A stretch of 64,000 nucleotides of DNA from Cycas panzhihuaensis (taxonomy: Eukaryota; Plantae; Cycadophyta). The stretch lies in contig CM041465.1 in assembly GCA_023213395.1 (NCBI GenBank), positions 183,527,741 through 183,591,740 of the forward strand. Reading direction: 5' to 3'. This document shows positions 24,681-39,300 of the stretch, piece after piece (within the stretch, counting starts at the first letter, position 1; each line of letters opens with the position of its first letter). The position numbers were made by a program, and so were the translations under genes. A model generated the notes under the pieces. It did no database searches and was not told the DNA's origin. It was given only the letters and a program-made list of their open reading frames with translations.

Positions 24681-27309
24681 AAATTGCCTTAAAAATAAAG
24701 ATAAAGTGTTTAAATAAAATATTGAAATGCACCTAAATAAAGTAATGAAAGGAAGTAAAAACCTAGGTGAAACTATCTCCGTTCAACTCTAGGACATGCA
24801 CAAGTGTCCTAATTGGGACTCAACCTCCTCCAAATTAAAAAAAATGTATTAGTTATGATCATAAGATGAAGTTTTGCTAAATTTATTCAAGGGTCAACTC
24901 ATAGGAAGCCCACAAACTAATATTAACTTTGAGCATATAAATATTACATCAAATGACTGCAAAGGCACTTGAAAGACCATTCAGTTAATATAGGATTAAA
25001 ATTTGAGGCCAATTCTTCAAACACCACTTGATTTTAATACTTTATGACCAAGATATGCTTTAAATATTACAAAGAGATAAAAAATGATAAAGGGCCCTTT
25101 AGCACATGAACTATAAAGAAACCTTTTATCAAATTTCAGTCATTAAATGATTTGTCAAATGTAAACCTAACACATGTATGTAACTACTTTTTTTATTTGG
25201 GTGAAAATGAAGAATGCTTTGGAGTTGGAAAATCTAAAAATGGGCTGCACAGGTGGCCATTATGGTTGCTGAAGTAGAAAGAGGTACTTAAGATAAGTAG
25301 GCTTCTTAAAAAAAAAAAAAAATTGGCCCCTTAAAGACAAGTGTCTGATCACCTTCCTCCACAGTATAACCTATAGTTTAGAGATAAAGAGGTGTTATCT
25401 TGCTCTGAAACTCAATAGATATAAAGATGAGTTAAAAATTTTAAAGTATTAAATGCTTAAGAATAATAATGATTTCACCATCTTTGGGCATACAAAAATG
25501 AGTCTAGAGATCTCGAAAGACAATGAAGACCAAAGATAAAATTTTGAGGGTAAAGGCAATGACACCACAAAGACATTATTTGAGATATCACTCATGGCAC
25601 AAGGGCATTATTATGGATAACACTTAGGATACAAAGACATTTCTTGTTCATGGATAACATTACTTGTGATCTACAAGCCAGACGCCAACTCCCCATTATA
25701 TCAGAAAAGAAATAGCCAAGGACTATGTCTCTCTAAATACACAATATGTAAACGTGATTTGATGTGTTGCTAGCCATAATTATTCCAAACATAGATTGGT
25801 TTACAAGGTGTATACACTTAGATGCAAGACAAAAGAACTCGATATATTGATGAATATAAACCACACTTTGGTTTGCAGTCCATGTATATAATGACTTTAT
25901 GATACATAAATATATGACTATGAGTAATAATTATTGAGGAGAAATAGACAAAAAATAAAGTACAACTAATGTGTAGACTAGATATACCAATGAGATGAGA
26001 GGTAACCAACGTAAGACAAGAGTAGACTAGTCAATGTAATCAGATGCATGTAGATTTCTTGGGTGACTATCTATGCATATTGGAATGGTAGCTCAACCTA
26101 AAACTATCTTCATTACCTTGGAGACTAGTTTGATCATGGACCATGAGATCAAATGATATATGACTAGCAAATGCCCCCACCTTGTAATGGTTATGATCAA
26201 GTATCACTTAGTAAGCTTAACCACAAGGACTTGATAACATATGCATTGAGAGGCATGACTCGACAACAAGACTCATATATGATATAATGCTTATAAATGG
26301 ATCGATAGAATGAATTACTAAGTATTATTGAATGAGCTTAGACATAAGGACTCTATAGAATACATGTGGATGTGAGACCTCTTCCTCTGACCTTTTCCCT
26401 ATCCTTAGTACTTTAAGTGCAATTTCTCCCATTAAGAGGTAAAGGTCACAGAGAGATGATTCTCTTAAGATGCAAATGCTACCAAATTAAGGCTTATGCA
26501 CGACTAGATAGATGAGAGTAAACTAAAAAAGGTGATATAAGAACTGACTAAATGTCTAAAATAATAAAGAATACAAATAACTCTCTTCACATAGACTTAA
26601 ATAAAGAGTCAACATGAGCATTTATCTCTAAATATCAGATATGAATTCTACTTTATAGGTTGTGCAAATCATGTGTGTGTTATTAACATAAATATATTCA
26701 ATGAATGATGTCACTTAATATGGTAATGAAGCATGAGCACAAATACAAACTACTCAAAATTGCCAAGAACAAATGTGATATGTTGAGATGCATTCGTAGA
26801 TAAGATACATATAAAAGAAAGCAAAAGGTGACTTGGAACCAACACATAACAATGCAAATAAACTAGTAGACTATCACACACAGAGCTAGCTTCAAACCAA
26901 ACATGATAGGAGCATTATGGCTCAAACACAATGATATTGCTCACCCAGAGAGGAATAAAGAATAATATATGAACCTAAAAATTTGGTAACATAAATTCAA
27001 TAGTAGCCCAGTTGCTCTAATGCCAAATGATGGAATTAGAGGACAAGAGTAGAGAGGAATGAATGCATGTAAGCAATGGGCAACAAATACTTTATAAGGA
27101 AAGTGGTGTTAATGAATATCAAGGTCTTCAGACCCTTTGTAGATATAGGTGGGACCAAGAGGATTTTACACACCTCTCAAGGTCCATGCCACCTAGTATT
27201 AATAAATACCTGGTAATGTGTTGGCACAAGATATTGACCCAAGATATGGGTAATAGCCCTAATGTAGGTAATCACCCTAATGTGGGCATTGTTCTAACAA
27301 TAGTAACAA

Positions 27310-28830
27310 TTTAGAGGATGGCATTTATAATTAGCATTCCAACAAGCATTCCTCAAAGTGTTCCAAATCATTCTAATGAAATGTCAAGCATTCTTGCAAG
27401 TATTTCCTTAAAAATTTATATAAAATAGAGATGGAATTACTAGAACCCTACCAACCATATTTGGAAAATGTATATTTATGAATGATCAAAAAATTTAAGG
27501 TATCCATCTTTAGGGATGGTTGGAGAAGCAATGTGTTATTACCAACACTCTGTTGGGTCAACAATGATTAAAAATATTATGGAAGTAATTGCAAAAAACA
27601 TGGATAGAATTGAGATATATGTGAATCCTATTTAGTAGATAACTAAATTACCCTATGTTGGAAGAGTACTAGTTATAGGTAAATAGGTGGAGGTAGATAG
27701 AAAGTTGGTTTTCCATGTACTATATAAATTAGATTCATATATATAGGCACAAAGATTGATAACCTCTTAGGTCCAAAATTGAAATGGTTAGCTAAAATTT
27801 ATCTTACAAAATTCCTAGGGAAGGCAAAGTTTCCTTATTTCCCCATAGGAAATTTGATAATTCTCTAAGAGATGCAAGAGGGAATGCAACTTAATTGGAG
27901 TGAATACTCAACAAAATAACTTTAAAAATGGTTACAAAAAAATGGAGGACTTGAAAGTAGTGTTTAAATACATTTTCTTGTTACTTAGGTCACTGTTTAC
28001 TCAAATACTTATAACATAGCCATTCTAAGTGGAGATTGACAAGGGATGGTCCCTATTGTAGTAGTTGATAAGTGCATTTCCTATGGAGATGCATTTTGAT
28101 AAGATTAAGTAGTTGGTTCATGTTGTAATAAGGCAAATCATCATATGGTTTTAAGAAGATATACACCCCATTTATTCTTATTGTCACAAAAAGAAAGTAA
28201 GGGAGTAGACATAATAAATGGTTAATCCTAAGATAGAGATAGAGTTAAGAAAAGAGATAACACTACCATGACTAAGAGAACATGATGAAGGAACTTCCCA
28301 TAGAGAAGGAAGTACAATACACAAAATCTAGTAAATGAAGACATTGATGGATAAACTTTTGAGAGAGTAAATGCAATATTAATAAATTAGAAAATTCAAA
28401 AATAAATTGAAGGAGAAAATATTAAAAATGGGAAAACTTATGAAAATCAATGAGGAGATAACTAAGGAAGCATGGAAAAAAGATGTATAACTTAATGAGC
28501 TATAAGAGTAGCTAAATAAAGAAAGTAGGGGAAAGTGACCTACCACTAAACAAAAAATTTTGATAAAAATATTATTAGGGAATTTTTATGACATTGAGTA
28601 AGGATACTCAAAGCAATTTTTTGAACCCCTAGATAGATGTATGTAGAGAACTTAGCTCCAAGACATTTGGAAATGATCATAAGCATTTCCAAGAGTGGTT
28701 TTGACAGAAGATTTAGTGCAAAATTAGTAAAAATCTAATGTGGAATGGTTGCAGAACAATTCTAGAACAACTAGGATGGTTGCAAGTTAGAGAATAAGCT
28801 CTCATAGAATGGTCCCCTTCACACTACAAG
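27310..28830 (+). other. Heavily decayed coding-like tract, possibly an accessory ORF of a gypsy element
   Basis: Fragments such as MQEGMQLNWSEY and a purine-rich K/E-rich tail; no firm motif. Confidence 0.3.
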
Positions 28831-28969
28831 ATAATTATGGAATGGTTCTAGAATAATAAATACTTTATAGGGGACAATTTTATGCTAAAGATCTTGAATA
28901 TAATTTGTGTAGTCATACAACTATATGGACATATAAAAAGACACTTTATTATCATTAATTGGGATTTTG

Positions 28970-30568
28970 TGTTATGAAAGGTTACGAACTTGTGCCCTTT
29001 TAGGTAATTGGTTATGTAAAAAGGGTATAAATAGTTCATTTCATGCTTTGATTTAATAGTAAGAACTAGATAAAGCAAGTGATGCAATGATCTAACAAGT
29101 ATATTTAGTGTTAATTAATGAAATAAATAAGTTGTGAGGAAAATATTCTATATTATGATGGCTGGTTGCTTATGTTACGATTGAGAATGTTATATATGTT
29201 ACATGTGTTTTAAATGATCTAATATACAACTAATATTAAGAAGTAAGAAGACATGAGACAACTATATTATTAGGTGATTTTGGGATACTAGTGAGCTAAG
29301 TAGTTTTTAACATAGGTTTGGAAATTTCCCCTTTCCTTTGAATGCATAAAAGGATGTATAGTTGAGTGACTCTCCTTTCCTTTGAGTATACAAGGAAGTA
29401 GGGTTAAGGGATTCCCCTTTCCTTATTTGCGTGGTATAGGACATGCAAGATTATTTTGAGATAGTTTAGGAAGATTAATTCATTAGAAAATAATATGTGG
29501 TATGATGCTATCAAAATGAATCTAAAACATGGATGTTGTGTGAGTAATATGTTATCATTAAGGTAGTGTGCTAAGAACTTGGGATAACTATATGCTAAGA
29601 GAAATTACTAATATTACATCATTCATATCATATGCTCCAACTTAGGGGTGAATTTTAATATAAGACTTTAAATGGCTGGGCTATGAATATGTGTGAGTAA
29701 TCTGGTTTGACTCTATTTACTAACACTAGTATGTTGTATTATTTATAGATGTTATGGAAGGTTAAAAGATATATTGTAAAGTCATACCCTTTTAGGTAAT
29801 TAATTTTATAAAAAGGGTATAAATAGGTCATTTCTCTTATCAGATCAATAGTGAGATCTAAACAAAACAAGTGATGTAGTAATCTATTAATTATATTTAG
29901 TGTTTATTAATAAAATAAACAAGTTATAAGAAAGATTTTATATATTCTATATGAATGATGATTGGTTGCTTATGTTACAACTAATAATGTTGCATATATG
30001 ATGAATATTTCAAAGTTATTACATGTGTTTAAGTGACCTAATATGCAATTGATATCAAGAAGTAAAAGGACATGAGACAACTATATTATTAAGTGATTTT
30101 ATGATACTAGTGAGTTGTGTAGTTGTTAACATAAGGTTAAATATTCCCCTTTCCTTTGAATGTATGAAATTAATTAAGGTTGAGTGATACCACTTTCCTC
30201 TAAGTATTTAAGAAAGAAGGGTTAAGGGATTCTCTTTTCGTTGTTTACATGGTATAGGACATGCATGATTAGTTTGAGATAGTCTAAAGGGATCAATTTG
30301 GCAAAAATAGTATGTGGTATGATGCTATTAAAATAAATCTAAAATATGGATGTTGTGTGAGTAATATTTTATCATTAAGGTAGTGTGTTGGGAACTTAGG
30401 ATAGTTATATGCTGAAAGAAATTAATAGTGCTCCATCATTCATATCATCTACTCTAGCTTGGGGGTGATTTCTTATATAAGACTTCAAATAGTTGGGTAG
30501 TGAATCTATCTGAGTAATGTAGTTTAGATTCATTTATAGAATACTATATATTACATTGTTTGTAGATG
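28970..30568 (+). repeat. Diverged ~0.8-kb tandem duplication within an LTR-like region
   Basis: ~28970-29750 and ~29750-30568 align throughout (CCCTTTTAGGTAATT, AAAAGGGTATAAATAG, GACATGAGACAACTATATTATTA, GGATGTTGTGTGAGTAATAT). Confidence 0.9.
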
Positions 30569-30859
30569 AATGTTTTTGATCCTGTTAATGTTATGGAATG
30601 TTATGTTTATTTATGATTATGATATATTATGAATAATTATTTTATTAAAACAATTATAAAGTACATTATAATATGCTTAAACTAGTTGCGTCTATTGGGT
30701 AAAATATTCTATTATGCTTGTATACTCTATTTAGATCTTCTATAGTTTGATTCACGATAATAGGTGTATGCCTTTATCTGGGAATTTGTAATAGTTTTGG
30801 CCAATACCAACATAGATGGGTCATAAAATTTGGACCCATTAAGGTCAAACTATGATGGA

Positions 30860-30871
30860 TAGTATCAAAGC
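30860..30871 (+). promoter_or_regulatory. Degenerate tRNA-Met PBS
   Basis: TAGTATCAAAGC (2 transitions from TGGTATCAGAGC) downstream of the LTR-like region and upstream of gypsy RT. Confidence 0.55.
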
Positions 30872-31119
30872 TTCAAGGTTAGAAGCACACACAAAATAAT
30901 AAGGAACTTATTAAGGCTATTAGGTGTTAGCTAATAATAATAGATGATACTGAAGAAAATTGATGGAGCTATGCACTTATGCATTGATTATAGGAAGCTA
31001 AACAAAGAGATGGTAAATAATAAGTATCTTTTCCCATGGATTAAATATTTGTTTAATTAAATAAAAGGAGATTTTTTTTTTCCAAAATATATTTATTATT
31101 AAGATATTATCAAATACAA

Positions 31120-32005
31120 ATCAAAGAAGATGATGTGTTCAAGATAGACACAAGAAAAAGGTATGGGCATTATGAGTTTATTGCGCCAATAGGAACCCTC
31201 AGGTGACATCAATGAGGGGTCTCCACTCAGGGGCAATATAAACTCCCCTTTTAAAAATAAAGAGCAAAATTAAATGTGTGGCAGAGCACCGTTAGGCTCC
31301 TCTTTGTGGGACATGGCTCACATGCCTTTAATCTTAGCATCTTTTGAATCATCTATAGATTTCAGAGCCACAAGAGAGATCATGCATATAAATCCTAATG
31401 ATGAGGTGTAGAGACTTACAAACAAAATTAATAAAGGTGGTAATAGAATAATAATCTTTACCACTTTTGGGACCACTCCCCTACATTTATTTAGTTGTTC
31501 CCACCCATTTTAGAGGTAGGGTTTTCTATAAATTCAACGATAAGGAAAGTACTCTCCAATTTTAGTTATATAGGTTCTCAAAATACTCATAAATTTCTCA
31601 TGTCTCATAAGGAGAAGCCTATCAATGCCCATAGACTATTCACGATCTGCACTAGTGGTAATTCCATTTAGCTTGATAAACACTCCATCAACATTTATAC
31701 ATTTGATGAACATTATGTTTCATAAATATTTGGACCCCTTTGTACTTATCTTCATAGATGACATTTTAATATATTCTAAAACTGAGGAAGAGCATGAAGA
31801 AAATTTATAGATTATGTTATAATTATTAAGAGAGCACATATTATATGTAAAATTGAGAAAGTATGACTTCTAAAAGAAATAAGTACACTACTTGGGTCAC
31901 TATTTTTGAAGAAGGGATTTTAGTTGATCTTTAAAAATTCATTACTATTATGGAGTGGCTATTACTAAAGGATATGATTAACATATGAAGCTTTACTAGT
32001 CTAAA
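31120..32005 (+). mobile_element. Ty3/gypsy (chromovirus-like) RT remnant, interrupted by a ~470-bp insert; continues at 52252
   Basis: IKEDDVFKIDTRKRYGHYEF | VIPFSLINTPSTFIHLM..FVLIFIDDILIYS..SFTSL. Confidence 0.9.
31184..31652. other. Unidentified ~470-bp insertion in gypsy RT
   Basis: Splits the contiguous motif YGHYEF-xV(M)PFG; possible TSD TATTG/TAGTG. Confidence 0.7.
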
Positions 32006-32450
32006 TAATAGGAAAGTGAATAACTCATGAGTGTAATCCACTTATGTGAATTAAGATACCCTATCATATTTACTGCACTATGAACAACCATTTTGATTAG
32101 CACACATGCTTAACCAATGCGATAGATTATTTTCACTAAAAGATATATATAAATATGATGTATGAAGACTAGATAAGAGAAGTTAAATATAATGGCAATT
32201 TGATTCTTACTAATAATGGCTAAACAAACACAATATCTTTATCAATACTAACATATCAAATATTACTACATATTACATATTCTCAATACTCGATACTAAG
32301 GAAAATATAATATAACTGGTGAAGCCAAATCAACATTTATATATCCTCTAAAAATAGGCTTTGAGAGGGAAAAACACAATGAATAATCAATTTACTTATA
32401 TGAGCCATAATTTTCTAGTCTCTTGAAGAAATAATTTATTCATCAATAAC

Positions 32451-33330
32451 TTTTTTTTGAAGGTAAAAAATAGATATTATTAAATTATAAATTCAAGATA
32501 ATACAAAGTGTTGAATAGCCCAAGGGTCAAGCGGATGTACTTACCTAATCTTTTACATGTAATGTACTCAAAATAGTTCTGCCAAAATGAAGATTTTTCT
32601 TAAGCTTTTAACAGAGAGAAGTAAAGTAAGCATTGTGAGATAACCATATTAAAATTTCCTTCTTTATATGCCCAAAGGTTTGATTAGAGGATGAGACTAC
32701 GTTTTAAAAGTAAGCTATGATATAAGTTTTTTAAATTTTATGCAGGATGGTCTTAAGGAGAAGAAGTCAGAGGTTTATCAAGTGTTAGTGAGTCAACAAC
32801 CAACCATATGTTGTTGCCCATCTCCCCTTAATTAATCAAGAGTGAAAAGGTAGGTGACCAATTTTGGTGAATCCTTGATCTAGATTAAAAATCTAAAAGG
32901 TGGTATACCAAATAACCTAGATTAGAGGATATTACCACCAAATGCAATCCAAGTTGTTGATTTGAGCACTATATACTGGGCAGTAAGATTGACAACTCAT
33001 ATTCCACTAGTCTCACATGTCCTAGAAAATAAAAGCCTTATGTAAAATCCTCCAGTGAAGCATATTAGGTTTGGGTTCTACTTGTTTCCTCTATATCCAC
33101 CCCCATTCAACTTGAGGTTGGATATGTCGATATTATTGACTATGTAATAGGTAATAAAATTATGTGAGCTCAAAAACTTGACCCCTAGAAAGGAACTTGA
33201 GTCTTTCCTCCTTCTCTAATTCCTTAGAAGTAGTAAGAGGGTCCACTTACCATATAAAAAGGATAAGTCTATCAGCCAATTAAAGAAGTAGAGGTTTAAG
33301 ATGAGAGTTAAGCTCCATCAGGTTGGTCAA
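32451..33330 (-). mobile_element. Old 5'-truncated L1 LINE remnant (RNase H + A-tail)
   Basis: T8 at 32451-32458 with a 3' end resembling the L1 at ~11400; minus-strand LKLNGGGYRGN, IWLVVDSL, AYKEGN (degenerate RNase H motifs in the right order); 5' boundary approximate. Confidence 0.65.
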
Positions 33331-36300
33331 ACAAATTTCATAATATATTGGAAATAAATGAAATTATTTCATTAAATTAAAAACAAAATTAAAGCATATT
33401 TAATAGTATCATGTACAATTCATTCCATAGTCTACATTTGAAAATAATTGATTACTTTAAGTAGCCTGCATGGATCTCTCAATACAAACTATCAAAAGTT
33501 ATACTTAATAACTTAGGTAAAGCCTTTTGATAGAAGAATTAATAATTGAATTTATTAATTTATTGATGAGTTATTATATTATATTTTTGTAATGTGCGTG
33601 TATTATTTATATTGAGGGCTTCATTATCATAAATAGGTTAAGTCACAACTTAATGTTATGAACCTAGGTGTGTGGGGTTACTTTTGCTCTTAATATTAAA
33701 TAATGTAAAGGTAATTTAATCATGCAAGGTGCCAACTATCACCTTGCATAATCTTACATTTAATATTCCTTATATTCATTATAGTAGGCTTTTTTTGTTG
33801 CATATATGAGGCTTTTTGTATGTAATATTTTATGCAATGTATTTTACATATGAGAGATTAATGTAAGATATATTATTGGAGCTGTTGAGAAATTCATTGC
33901 CTCCTTTTGTGAATGTTTTTAATTGAATGTTTAATGAATATTATATTGAATGTATTGCATGAGTAAGTGAGACTTAAACTTGAGTCTAAACTAGGCTTAA
34001 TCACTCACCCTTTCACTTGGTATCAAAGTAGCTTTCAGCCTGCCTCTAAAGCTAAGTTTCTAGTCTAGTTTTTTAGCCACCTTCATTGCTATAGGTTCCA
34101 TTCTCATCAAGTATTATATGGAGCTTTCACTATATTGTACTCTCCTAAAATTGAATGGTTGCTTAATATACCAACAACTAAATTGAGAGACAATGTTAAA
34201 TATCTCTAATTAGTTAGTCCAAGAGCTATCATTAGAAATTAAAATATGTGCAAAAATTAACTTTAATGTAGTTGGAGAAGGTCATTTGTGACATATTTGT
34301 CTAACTCTTGGTTAAGTATATCTTTGGTGTTGGCTACCATTTCTTTATGAGGTTATTTTTTACTATGTGAGTTGTATTGGCATTGCACAAAACATTTTGG
34401 TCGATTGGGTAAATACATGGTACTGCCTACTATCTGGTATTTCTTCCATTCATGCATTTTTTCATTGCATAATAATCATCCTCTGTGTAAGTTTCATACC
34501 TCCATTGTATGTTTGCTTGCATTACCATGCTTGAGCCATGATTATAACTTTTCTTTTTAGGGAAGTTACTCTCTGAATTCTTCTTATGACTACCATTTCC
34601 TTGAGCTGCTCTTTGCATCCTATTTCCATGGTCACCATTTCCTAGATCTCCATGGCTAATTGCATTACCTGAATATAACCTCTTTACATGATCCTTGCGT
34701 GAACATTGAATGTATTAGCTTGAATGATCTCAGCATGAGCCCTAATTAGCATGTATTTGTGGATTCTCCACTTTGCCTACTTGTAAGAGCTCCTTATTAT
34801 AAGATCAATTGAGGTTTAGAGATAAACAAAGGCTATAACTATTTTTTTTACTAGTGAATTTGATCAATCGAATAACAAATAGGGATTTGGGTGAACTTAG
34901 TCATTTCATCTCATTGTAGATTACTATCTGTTTAATGAAACTATGATAAATGACCATTCAAACTGATCATGGCAATTTCATCCCTTCACTAGAGTAATTG
35001 GATTAGGATTTCGTAGCTCCAATAGAGAGATCTGACCCTATGTATCTAAACTATTTTGTTATTTTTTTGAAATCCTATTATTTATTTTAATTTTTTAAAA
35101 AGTTAAAAAACTTTAGGTTATTAAAATTAACATATTTAGAGAATATTTTATTTTATTTATAAAGGTTCCTAACTTAAAGTTATTATTCTATCATTTTTTA
35201 AATCACTTTTAAATCATTTAAGGCCTAATTTTAATATATTTTAGGTTTTTTTTTAGTTTTTTAAGGTATTTTTTTTCAAATTTTTACTACTTAAAACATA
35301 AAATTTTAATTTTTTAATCATAAAAAATCTTAAAAATTTTTAAAACATTAAAAAGATAATACTTGAATTGAACCACCCTTATATCACCCTTATAAGGGGA
35401 ATGATTAGGATCCCTAAAGTTACTAGTCTATACACATTAGTAGTTTATCTCAAATTTTGTAGATATTAGAGAAGCCTATTAACTATCAAGTGTATTAAGT
35501 AGTAGGTTAAGGTGTTATACCCCAAAACCTTAGAGTTTGGAGACTAATATAGACCTAGAGGGGGTGAGCACCTTATTTGTTAAGTATGCCTTTAAATGAG
35601 GATCTGCCATTCAGGTTATAAATCTAGCATAGGTAGGTTAACGATGTTGAGAGGTGGCCGAGCCTTCTATAGTGCATATGTACCTTCATGTATATTAGGT
35701 CCTAAAGCTACCACTTATGAGAAGGTATGCCATCAGGTAGAATAATCTTAACTACCAAGGAGTATTAGGATTGGAGACACTGAGATATAGATCCTAGATT
35801 AGCATACAATTTTAGGTAAACAAGACGCATATATCAGACATCATGGCACTTTAAATAATTGTAGCTAATACAATTAAACTTTTTAGAGGTGATAATTTCC
35901 TAGCTTGGAAGAAACAAGTTAAGAATATATTGATAATAAACAAGCTTTAGCCTTATGTTTCTAGAAAATTTCCTAAGCTAGTTTCCACTAAAGACACTAA
36001 TGATACTCATAATCTCATTCTTCTTGATCCTAATATTGTAGATACCTTTGAAGAGTTTGATGAACTTGCCCTTTCGTTTTTACAGATGTCTTATAAAGAT
36101 AATATTGACCAGAACATTGAACTAGCCCCTACCTTTGCTAATGCTTAGAATATCATATGTACACTCTATGAGAGGAAGGATAATACCAAGGCAGTGATGC
36201 TCAAAGCCCAACTTTACTTAATTCTATTTGTAAGATCTATAGTAGAACATTTATTCTAAATTAAAGTGATTAAGAATTAGTTGATAGTGATGGGTTAACT

Positions 36301-39300
36301 GTCAAATGACAGTGACCTCGTATCTTGCATAATCAATATTTTGCCACGTGGTTAAAACTCCCTTATATCTAATTTATCATAAATAGATTGACTTTCCACT
36401 ATTAACTTTAACATATTTGAGGATCTATTTCTCCAATAAGAATGTATTCAAAACTGATTAGGGAATCCAAGTGCTTTCTTTTCTATAAAACTACTTGTAA
36501 CCTGTCATAGAGGAAGACAATGACATTCGCAATTGACTCATTAGTTTGGTTAAATAAATTTGAACTAACATCCATACTAGCAGCCATATCAACCGTGTCA
36601 ACCTTGACCACCATATAATCCTTAGGTTGTTTGTTACTATTATGGCAAACCTAGATATGTAACACTTGATTACATAAAATAAGAGCTAACCTTTAACAAC
36701 AACAGTCTCATAACTATCCTTCCATATGATATAATCAAAATTGTGGATGTGGTAATCACTAGGGACCACAAAGACAAAACTAGCCTAATTATCAAGAAGC
36801 GAGGAGACAAATTTAAAATGCATTTGGCAAAATAGAAATCACAACTAGAGATAGAATCATAGAGGCTATATGGTAGACTCTCAAAATATTTTCTTTATTG
36901 CTTTAATAACTTAATATTTTAACATATTATGGTTGATCAATTCAGGTGCCTCATGATATATGACTAATTCAATTTTTTTTTTTACTAATACAAGACTAAT
37001 TTAGGATCAATCTACCACTTTTGGAGATGATACTATCTTAGAGGTCTCTAAGATTGGTAATGTACCTATTTTATTGAAAAATTTAGATACTCTACATCAT
37101 TTCAACAATGTTTTTAATTACTTGGCATTTCATGTAACCAATTATCTATTAGCTAAATAAATAAGTAAAACTTTCATGTTTTATTTAGCCATCTTAGAAA
37201 ATGCTTGATTATAGATCTGAATGGCAACCTAATTACCTCAGGATATGAAGATAAGGGATTATACAAGCTTGATACTAACTTGACCTTTGATTTAGTCACA
37301 TGAATTTGGTTTTTCTAGCAATTCAACTTCCACTTTTGATCGTTTTTCTTATACTTTAGATTCTAATGAACAATTTGCTTTAAAAGTATTTGTTACTCAA
37401 AGACTCCCAAAAGACCAGTTATGGCATCAATGCTTAGGCCACTTAAATATAAACAACCTTCATTTGCTTTATAAACTAAATATGGTACGTTGTATATTGA
37501 ATATAAAATAGACTAAATATATTTGTGAAGCTTGTATTATGGGTAAATATCATTGGATTCATTTAGGTTAGATGGAAGAGCTTAACATGCTAAGGAACCT
37601 TTAAGGCTAATATAATCAAATATTTATGGGCCCATGTCATAAGCATCCTTTGGAGCCTACTATTATTTAATTATAATTATTGTTAATTACTCCAAAAAAG
37701 TGTGGGTCTATTTTTTGAAGTAGAAATTAAAAGCCTTTGATAAATTTAGAAAATTTAAGCATGGTGTTGAACTTAAATTTAGAAATACACTCAAAATCCT
37801 TTGTTGTGATAATGGAGGTGAATGTATATCAAATGAATTCACCTAATTCTATAAGGATAATAATATCAAATGATAGTTTTTTATCCTATACACACTTCAA
37901 CAAAATGGAGTTTTTAAGAGAATGAATTGGATCTTGGTTAGTAAAAGCAAAGCCATGCTTGTTGCCAAGAATTTAAGATTTTAATTCTAGGTTGAAGCTC
38001 TTCATATAATAACTTATCTCATAAACAAAAGTCCAACTAAGGTAGTAGAGGCTTACTCAGGTCAAAAGTTCACGATCTCATATTTGCATACTTTTGATTA
38101 TGTAATGTATAAGCTCATACCAAAAGAACAAAGGAAAAAGTTGGATGATAAGAGTAAGAAATATATCTTTATTAATTATTAACCTAGTTGTAAAGTATAC
38201 AAACTATATGATCTTGCCACTAAGTAAATATATACATCTTAAGATGTTATTTTTTCAAAAGAGAACTAGGCCTTGGATATCACACAAATCTTGTTCTTTG
38301 ATAATAAATCTAAAAATGCACTTATTACTCCTCTTGCTCAATAAAATGTTCTTGTAGGAGAAATGCCTTTTACATCAACATACACTCCTAGTACATTATT
38401 TGCACTACCTACCTCTATATCTACATCTACTTTAATTAGTCCTTTAAAAGATGTCCAAGATGAGGCTACTTTAAAGTAGTTGCCCAAATGGTATATGCAA
38501 ACAATCTCTTCTAAACCTTTACCACCATAGCAAGCAAAGAGGCAATCAAAATACAGGTCATCCACCAACTTTGCCTTAATCAAAGAAGTATTGTTAGCCC
38601 TTGAACAAACCACTTTTGAGAAGTTATTATAGATTAAAAGTGGTAAACAACTATGACTAAAGAAATAGATTCTATCCTATAAAATAATACATAAGAGCTA
38701 GTTGAGCTACTTGAACGTAATAAACTTATTGATTGTAGATAGATTTATAAAACCAAATTTCATGTAGATGACTCCATTTAATGATATAAAGCATGTTTAA
38801 TTAATAAAGGTTTCAACTATATTGAAGGTATTGATTATGATGATATATTTACATCAGTTACCAACATGACCACTCTCAGGTTTGTTTTTACACTATAACT
38901 CAATTCAATTGGGCTATTTATTAAATGGATGTAAAAGGAAATTTATTAAATAGTAATTTATAGGAAGAAATATATATAAATAAACCTCTTAACTTTATTT
39001 TTTGAGGAAAAGAATACTCAGTCTATAAATAAAAAAAGGCATTATATGGCCTCAAGCAATCACCTCTCGCATATGGTATATCAAAATTGATGAATATTAT
39101 TATAAGTATATACTCAGTCGCTCATCTTCAAAACTAAATCTATACATTAGAATTCATAATTGGTTAATCACTCTAGTTGTATTTTACGCTGATGATTTGT
39201 TGGTAACTAGTAATGACATAGAGTGGATTACATATCTCTAAGAAGAACTAAGTAATAGTATTGAGATGACTAACCTTGGATTACTATATTACTTTCTTAG

